A stretch of 64,000 bases of DNA from the human T2T-CHM13v2.0 reference genome, Homo sapiens, in assembly GCF_009914755.1 (NCBI RefSeq), contig NC_060934.1. One strand, written 5' to 3'. Position 1 is the stretch's first letter; each line of letters starts with the position of its first letter. The notes under the pieces are model-generated. The model worked only from the letters and a program-made list of their open reading frames with translations, had not been told where the DNA came from and did no database searches. Below are positions 55,451-64,000 of this stretch, piece by piece. The position numbers and the translations under genes were made by a program.

Positions 55451-57638
55451 AAGATTGTTAATTTGAGACCTTTCTAACTTTTGCAGGTAAGCATTTGGTG
55501 CTATAACTGTTTCTCTTAACACTATTTTTTGCTGCATCCCAGAGATTTTGGCATCTTATGTTTCTGTTTTCATTTATTTCAATAATTTTTTTGATTTCTG
55601 CTTTAATTTCTTGTTTTAATCAAAAGTCATTCAGGAGAAAGTTGTTTAATTTCCATGTAATTGTGCGGTTTTGAGAGATCGTCTTGCTAGTGATTACAAT
55701 TTTTATTCCACTGTGGTCTGAGAGTATGATTGGTATCATTTTGATTTTTTTATATTTATTGAGATTTGTTTTACGGCCAAAGGTGTGTTCAATATTAGAG
55801 TGCGTTTCACGTAGAGATGGGCAGAGTGTGTATTCTGTGGTTGATGGATGGAGTACTGTGTGGATTTCTATTAGGTCCAGTTGGCCAAGTGTCAAATTTA
55901 AGCCCAGAATATCTTTGTTAGTTTTCTGCCTTGATGATCTGTCTAATGTTGTCAACTGAGTGTTGAAGTCCCCCACTATTTTTGTGTGGTTTCCTAAGTC
56001 ATTTTATAGGTTAAGAAGTACTTGGCTTATGAGTCTGGGTGTTCAAATGTTGAATGCATGTAGATTTTGAATAGTTAAGTTTTCTTATTGAATCGAACCC
56101 TTTGTCATTATGTAATGCTTATCTTTGCCATTTTTTAATTGGTTTAAAGTCTACTTTATCTGAAATAACAGTAGTAACCCTTCCTCTTTTTACTTTTCTG
56201 TTTGCATGGTAGATCTTTCTCCAACCCTTGACTTTGAGCGTATGCATATCATTATGTGTGAGATGGGTCTCTTGAAGACAGAAGTCTTGTTTTCTATCCA
56301 ACTTGCCAGTCTGTCTTTTAAGTGCGGTATTCAGAGTATTACATTCAAGGTTAATATTGCTCTGTGAGATTTTGATTCTATTGTAAAGTTGTTAGCTGGT
56401 TGCTTTGTAATTTCTATTGTGTGGTTGCTTTATAGAGTCTGTGAGCTATGTACTTAAGGGTGTTTTTTAGTAGTAGGTATACATCTTTTATTTCTATGTT
56501 TAGAACCATCTCTTATAAGGTTGGTATACAGGTAATGAATTCCCTCAGCATTTGATTCTTTAAAAAATATTTTACTTCTCTTTTGTTTATGAAGCTTAGT
56601 TTAGTGGAAGATGAACTTCTTGGCTGGAATTTCTTGGCTTTAAAAATGCTAAAAAAATAGATCCCTAGTCTGTCCAGGTTTGTAGGTTTTTGTTGAAATG
56701 TTCACTGTTACCTTGATGGGATTTCCTTTGTATGTGGTCTGACCTTTTTCTCTAGCTGCCTTTATGATTTTTTTCTTAAGCATTGGACTTGAACAGTCTC
56801 ATGACTATCTGCCTTGGTGGTGTTTACTTTGTAGATGGTCTCTGGATTTCTTGTATCAGGATGTCAACATCTCTAGCAAGATTAGAGAGATTTTTCTTGA
56901 ATTATTCTTCAAATATGTTTCCCAGGTTATTTGCTTTTTCTCCTTCTCTTTCAGGAATGCTATAATAATTCATAAATCTGATCACTTTACATAATGTCAT
57001 GTTTCTCAAAGATTGTTCATCTAAAATTTTTTTTTTCTTTCTTTTTGTCTGTTTTAATTTCAAAGGCCATTCTTTAAGCTTTGAAATTCTTTCTGATGCT
57101 TCATCCAGTCTATTGTTAAAGCTTTCAATTGTATTTTGAAATTTCTTAAGTGACTTTTTCAATTCCAGAAGCTCTGATTAATTTTTTTAGGATGTTTATC
57201 TCTTCCTTTATTTCCTGGATTGCTTTGAAGTTTCCTTGTGTTGATTTTCAATCTTGTCGTGGATCTCATTGAGCTTCCTTTCAATCCATGCTTTAAATTC
57301 TTTATCTGTCATTTCTGAGTTCCCATTTTAGTTAGCATTGCTGGAGAGCTAGTGTGATCCTTTGATGGTGTCACTACCTTCAGAGTTTTCACAGTTCCAG
57401 AATTCTTCCACTGGACAGAATTCTTGTGCTGATTTTTTCTCATCTGTAGATGCTGGCACCTTTAATTTTTGTATTTATTTTCTTGCAGGTAGGAGTTTTT
57501 CTTTTTCTTTCTTTCTTTCTCTATAATATTATTTTTTTTCTTTCCCTTTCCCTTTCATCCTTTCCTAGGGGATGTGACTATGGAGAATAATGGGTGAGAT
57601 CTTTTAGTTTTGTTTCTATGTAGCCCTATGCACTTCTG

Positions 57639-59390
57639 TTTTTTGTTTGTTTTTTATTTTTTAAAATTTCTTCTGAAAAAATGGGATACACATGCAGAAT
57701 GTGCAGGTTTGTTACACAGGTATATGTGTGCCATGGTGGTTTGCTGCACCTACTGAACCATCCTCCAAGTTTCCTCCTCTCACCCCCCACCCCATACAGG
57801 CCCTGGTGTGTGTTGTTTCCCTCTCTGTCTCCATGTCTTCTCATTGTTCAACTCTCACTTGTGAGTGAGAACAGGTGGTGTTTTGTTTTCTGCTCCAGTG
57901 TTAGATTGCTGAGGATGATGGCTTCCAACTTCATCCCTGTCCCTGCAAAGGACATTATCTGATTCCTTTATATGGCTACATAGTATTCCATGGTGTATAT
58001 GTACTATATTTTCTTTATCCGGTCTATCATTGATGGGCATTTGGGTTGGTTCTATGTCTTTGCTGGTATAAATAGTCCTGCAATAAACATACATGTCTAT
58101 GTGTCTTTATAGTAGAATGATTTATATTCCTTTGGATATATACCCAGTAATGAGATTGCTGGGTCAAATGGTATTTCTGATTTTAGATCCTTGAGGAATT
58201 GCCATACTGTCTTCCACAATGGTTGAACTAATTTACATTCCCACCAACAGTGTAAAAGTGTTCCTATTTCTCCACACGCTTGCCAGCATCTATTGTTTCC
58301 TGACTTTTTAATAATCACCATTATGACTGGCATGAGATGATATCTCATTGTGGTTTTGATGTGCATTTCTCTGATGATTAGTGATGTTGAGCTCTCCTTC
58401 ATATGTTTGTTGGATGCATAAATGAATGAACTCCCATTCACAATTGCTACAAAGAAAATAAAATACCTAGGAAAACAGCTAACAAGGGATGTGAAGGACC
58501 AAGGAGAACTACAAACCACTGCTCAAGGAAATAAGAGAGAGCACAAACAAATAGAAAAAACATTTTATCCTCATGGATAGGAAGAATCAATATAATGAAA
58601 ATGGCCATACTGCCCAAAGTAATTTACAAATTAAATGTTATTCACATCAAACTACCATTGACATTCTTCACAGACTTAGAAAAATCTATTTTAAATTTCA
58701 AATGGAATCAAAGAAGATCCCATATAGCCAAGACAATCCTAAGCAAAAAGAACAAAGCTGGAGGCATCACGCTACCTGACTCTAAACTATACTACAAGCC
58801 TACAGTAACCAAAACAGCATGGTACTGGTAGCAAAACAGATGTATAGACCAATGGAGTGAAACAGAGACCTCAGAAATAACATCTACAACCATCGATCTT
58901 CGACAAACCTGAAGAAGACAAGCAATGGGGAAAGGATCTCCTATTCAGCAAATGGTGCTGGGAAAACTGGCTAGCCATATGCAGAAAACTGAACCTGGAC
59001 CCCTTCCTTACACCTTAGACAAAAATTAACTCAAGATGAATTAAAGACTTAAATGTAAAACCCAAAACCATAAAAACCCTAGAAGAAAACCTAGGCAATA
59101 CCATTCAGAACACAGGCATGGACAAAGACTTCAGGACGAAAACACCGAAAGCAATTGCAACAAAAGCCAAAGTTGCCAAATGGGACCTAATTAAACTAAA
59201 GAGCTTCTGCACAGCAAGAGAAACTATCATCTGAGTGAACAGGCAACCTAAAGAATAGGAGACAAATTTTGCAATCTACCCATCTGACAAAGGCCTAATA
59301 TCCAGAATTTACAAGGAGCTTAAACAAATTTACTAGAAAAAAAAATTACATCAGGAAGTGGGCAGAGGATATGAACAGACACTTCTCAAA
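57639..59390 (-). mobile_element. 5'-truncated, 5'-inverted L1PA (L1PA8-like) nested in the older L1
   Basis: Minus-strand 3' part 57639-58424, plus-strand ORF2 part 58422-59391; TSD agccctatgc..tctg at 57622-57638 and 59391-59406. Confidence 0.9.
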
Positions 59391-61678
59391 AGCCCTATGC
59401 CCTCTGACTGTAGTTTTTATATTGGGCTGTGCAGTTTGACCTACAAGCCCGTAGATGGTTCTTACAGGTAAAAGCCAGCAGTGGCCAATATGGCTGGGTT
59501 TGTACTTGAATTTTTTCACTGGGAGAAACTCTTTGTTGCCTCAAGCGATGGGGTTGATTCGTGGCATGCACAGTGGTCTGAGTTCTCTGCACAGCCCCAG
59601 TGGGGCAGAGGCCAAGATGGGCTGGACCAGACCAGTCAAGCCTGCCTCCAAATCCCTCAATGGCAGGCACAAGCACCAGCAGCAAGGGAGAATTCAGTGG
59701 GTGGCCACCAAGTGACCACAGGCGTGCCTAGGAATGGATCTGGGAAATCTCTATGGCCCTGAATTCTCTGAACAAGAATGGTGGGTGACATAAACTCCTA
59801 ATCCAGTAGTGTGAGTATTCCAGATGACTGAAGATCTTCCTGAGCACAGAATGGAAAGGACCCTGCTGGACCTTGATCTATGTTAATAAAGAGTGGGGCA
59901 CCTCAGGCTGCAACAAGCAGGTGCTCCAAATGCCTGGATTCCTCTCTGGTGATGGAGCAGAGAGAGCGCTGCACCACGATCTCAGGGGAGCAGGCTGGGG
60001 CATCCAGCAGTAGTATACCCAGACCATTTCTAAGTTTCCAGGCTGGCCCTGGCTGCAAGTCTCACCAGCCAGGAGAAACTGGAGCTGTAGCAACTCTCCT
60101 TCCACCCCAGGCCTGTGGCGAGACAGAACAGGATTATAGTGCCTACTGGCTGTGGAATCCCCTCTCCCACTCCAGAGCAGGTGTTTTGGTCTCTGGTCTG
60201 AGACTAAAATGTCTGTCTGGCCATGATGCTGGGTCACCAAAGAATGGCTGAGTTTGTGTGCACCTAAATGAAAAATGGCATCCTGCCCTTGGTCCTGGGT
60301 TTGGGAAAATGTCTGCAAGTTTTCCTGGTGTCTTTTTCTCATTGCATCTCCAATCCCCTCCCCAAGTTAGTTCCAGGACTTAGGAAAAACAAAATGTTTT
60401 CCCTCTTCCTGGGTTGCTTGGATCCCTAGTGAAAAGATGAGTCATAGAGGGAGGCTCTCTCTCTGACATTCTGGGACTTCGCTCCTTTTATTAGCTGGAT
60501 ACTGTCACAGGAGCTGTTTGCTGGCATTTTCCCTGTGTTCTGGGGTGTCCCTCATGATCCCAGTGGATTCCCACTGTCATTCTTGAATTAAAGCTCACAG
60601 AGTTGATCTTTATGCACTATTTTGCTCTTTCCAAGTGGCTAAGGCATGGTGAAAGCCTTTAATCTTCCATCTTGGAAAAAAAATACCATAAAAGAAACTT
60701 CTGTTGTAATTTATTGTGCAGGAAAAGAATGTATAGTGCGAGAATTCAGTTTAAAAATTCATATATAAATACAGATGTTAACGTAGATATATAAAATGTA
60801 TGACATATTCATTGTTTTACTCGGAATATGGTTAAATAATGGAGAGCGGAATTGAAAGTTACATACCATGCCACAGTGCTCCAAGGGTTATCTAAGAAGT
60901 TCTTCATTTTAACACTCAATTAACTCTCACAGCACTCCTGGCAGAAATTATGAACTCAATTTAAGGAAAAATGGAAGGGAAAGATAAATGAACTTTCTAG
61001 CTGCCCGAGGCTTTACCAGTCTCTGTCAAATCTTGGATTACTTAATTTTGCTGGCACCTCTTGGCTTAGTGCTAGTTGCAAAAGCATTAAGGGTAATCAT
61101 CAAATAATTTGAAGGAGTAACTAATGATTGCCTATATTTGAGGAGCAGATTCTCCTATTTAAAAAAGAAATACTTCAATTCGTTATACTTCCAGGAACCT
61201 CAGTTTCATTTATAAAGTACTATTCTGATCAGAAAAAGAGATCTTTTTAAAATAACTGACAATAGAATATCTGGGAATGTTTGAAGAAGTGAATATAGAT
61301 CACTAGCCTCAAAGAAAAACTTTACGGGGTGCTTCCAATTATTTTTGGGCTCTTGCAGAATTTAGAGAACAAGAGATGCACTCAAAATTATAGGTTGATG
61401 TTGAAGAACATTGATGGAGTGGAGTGACTGTTTGCCTATTAGCTTACTCCTTACACTTAGAGACCAATTAAGAACCAAGACCACTGGATTCTATCCGTTG
61501 GCAGTAACATCAGAGAAACATGTTCGGAGAAGATGTGATAATTGTCTCTATTTAGTACAAAGGATCGGTTGTTTCACTGATCTCTCGCAGTAATGCCGAC
61601 AGTTACAGCCTTGCCTATACTGTCCATTTCTGGAACACATACATAAAAAACAATCTGAGCTAACTAAGTTCATTTAAG

Positions 61679-62376
61679 TGTTACTGACAACAGGTTCTTG
61701 ACTCTCATTTAACAGAAATTGACAGGGGGCTGAATAAGTTTCCCAGCCAAAGCTTTTATTATGTGATTATATTCAAACACAAAGGGGGCAGCACGAGAGA
61801 GAAAATTATCTGGCTGGCTCTCCAAAGAGCATCAGCAGAGTAATTTTAAAGGGGATAAGAGAATGATGTTTAAGCATCTAGAGATGGGGAACTTCTGGTA
61901 CTCACACAGTTGGATAACATCCTTCTTCATACTTCTTCATGTGTCCCATGTCTCATTAGTGTGTTAAATCTCCACCCCTGGGTGTAATTTTTAGTATTAT
62001 AATGAAGCTAAGGTAAAGGATTGGTCATTCTTCTGGTCTGTATACATACAGGAGACAGTATTAATGTCTTTGAGTAAGATTTAAAGTGGGATCTGCTTAT
62101 TTTCGTTGCCTCAAGTTCCCACAATCAGCGGGTATAGTGTCTTAAGTAAGATTTATGGTGGGGCATTGCTTATCTTAATCTCTCTAATGCCCCATTACCA
62201 GTGGGCATGGCACCTGGAGCAAGATTTATGGTCAAAGGTCTGGATGGTCTACTTGGAGTCACCAATGGTCACTAGGTCCCCACCCCCATCAGCTTGCACT
62301 AGATGTCCTTCCTTTCTTGGTGGGAGCACGAGGGTCGTTGATGGGAGGAGTTGAGTTCCATCCCGACTCTGTCTTA
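61679..62376 (-). mobile_element. ERV1 solo LTR (MER4 group, MER72/LTR48-like)
   Basis: tgttactgac...ctctgtctta, 698 bp; 4-bp TSD TAAG (61675-61678, 62377-62380); antisense AATAAA near 61756. Confidence 0.7.
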
Positions 62377-63329
62377 TAAGGATATTATTTTCTAGAGTAA
62401 ACTTAATGGCTCTCTGGTTCTTCTAGAACATAATGAATTTACTTAGCTTTCTTTGCATCAGGGCCGATTGTATTCGCTTTTTATTGCTACCGTAATAAAT
62501 CACCACAAGCTTAGTGGTGATTAAAACAACAACATTTATTATCATACTCTTCTGGAGCCCTCTAATCCACTGTGTTCCCATATTAACAAAATTAACAAAT
62601 ATTTATTGATCCTCTACTATGGAAGAGACTTTATGTTAAGCAACCTGGTAAACAAAACAGACAAATATTCCTTCCCTTGTGGAGCTTGCTGTCTAGCTGT
62701 TTACATTCTTAGTAGTTAAATCTAAATTCTACAATACTGCATGCCATAGTAGAAGAAAAGCAAGACACACTTAAGGTTCTCATGAAACTTTATTACTCGT
62801 GATGCATTACGTGTCCCAGGTTCTAAAATTTCTAGTTAGGAGAAGAAGCATTGAACTTTTTGTTTTTTAATAAAATTAAAGAGGACTGTAAATGGTGAAT
62901 AAAAATAACACTGAGGTTTAGTTTAGAATTTGAAAAAAATGCCGAATTGTATTTTCCCATTGATTTTATGATTAAAAAGGCAGCATATTACTCTGGAGAT
63001 TAGGTTGATGGTGGAGCAGTGGCTAAGAGTACTGAGGGTGCACAGTACAGGAAATCAGGCCAGAGTCTCAGGGTGTGGGTGGACTTGTGCCTGAAGCAGT
63101 CTGAGAGGAGGGTTCGGGTAGTAGCAGCTATTGAACTCTTCCTTACTTCTTTGTTTCTTGTTTCCTTCCCAATAAGGAAACATTTCTTGTCGTAGGCCTG
63201 ACACATTCAGGAATAATCTAGGTCTGTGTTATCATTTTTATACGATTTCTTCAGGCTTTAAACACAACATTGTAGAACTGAGTTTTTCTATGGAATTGAC
63301 ATTTCTTAAATAAATCCTGAGCTAAATTT

Positions 63330-63780
63330 TGGTCTCATCAATTCCTAGCTACAACTTGGATAAACCATTTATTGACTGAGTACTCAGTTTTGTGATTTAT
63401 GAAATGAGGACAAGTAGGATTTTTAAGATCAAATGGCCCAGTGTGTTGAATGTTCGTGAAATTGCCTAGAGAGAAACACTGGCATAAATGTATATTTCAC
63501 ATATCATTTTTTCCATAAGTAACAGATGATTGGTTACAATGAAGTGGAGAGATTTTTGTCCTTACAATGTTTATATTTTCTTGCTGAATTGAGATACACT
63601 GAGATGTGTTCTCATCTAGGGGCTTGGAGCAGAGACTCTGGAACCATGTAGATTTGAACAGCATCTCTGTCATTGTCCTTCTGTGTGAAAAGTGATTAAC
63701 CTCTTCATAGTTGTTTCCTCATTTATAATATGGGCATAATAATAAGCAGCTCTCTGATGTAGTTGTTGTGAGCATGGTAC
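63330..63780 (+). mobile_element. MIR fragments
   Basis: ctcagttttgtgatttatgaaatgagg and gtttcctcatttataatatgggcataataat cores. Confidence 0.55.
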
Positions 63781-64000
63781 AGTCACACACTTCACATTAT
63801 TTACATGATCTCCTTTAGCAAGTTATTTAACCTTTTAGTGGAGTTTAAAGCAAGCTTATACTGGCTCTATAAACCCATGAGAACTTGGTTTTTATATTTG
63901 CAAAAGTTCTGTAAGTCAATTGTTAAGTGGAGTAATTATTAAAATTAATTATGTAAATTTATAAGTCTATAACTATATACAAAATTTATAAATACTCAAA

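Noticed and set aside
59395-60342. GC-rich region with several overlapping ORFs, suggestive of a promoter or gene
   Set aside because: It is the 5'UTR of the L1PA15/16 element and is CpG-depleted.

Overview
This is primate (very likely human) AT-rich, repeat-dense genomic DNA, intergenic or intronic. I find no supportable protein-coding gene, RNA gene or CRISPR array. Nearly all long ORFs in the track are pieces of L1, Alu or ERV elements. The left edge holds the 5' end of an ERV9/HERV-W-related provirus on the minus strand (LTR30/HERV30-like, tRNA-Arg PBS, splice donor, long leader ORF). The rest contains about 14 Alu elements (one a young AluYe-type), several solo LTRs, old L1M/L2/MIR fragments, a near-full-length L1PA15/16 with a nested twin-primed L1PA8, and an inverted L1PB that carries a 37-bp micro-L1. 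The most notable signals are the ERV leader ORF, many local fold-back (template-switch) scars, and splice-site-bounded + strand segments that may belong to a spliced non-coding transcript ending in a nested LTR. I could not identify the locus or demonstrate a novel biological system. Repeat subfamily names come from recalled consensus sequences, and boundaries without a TSD are approximate.
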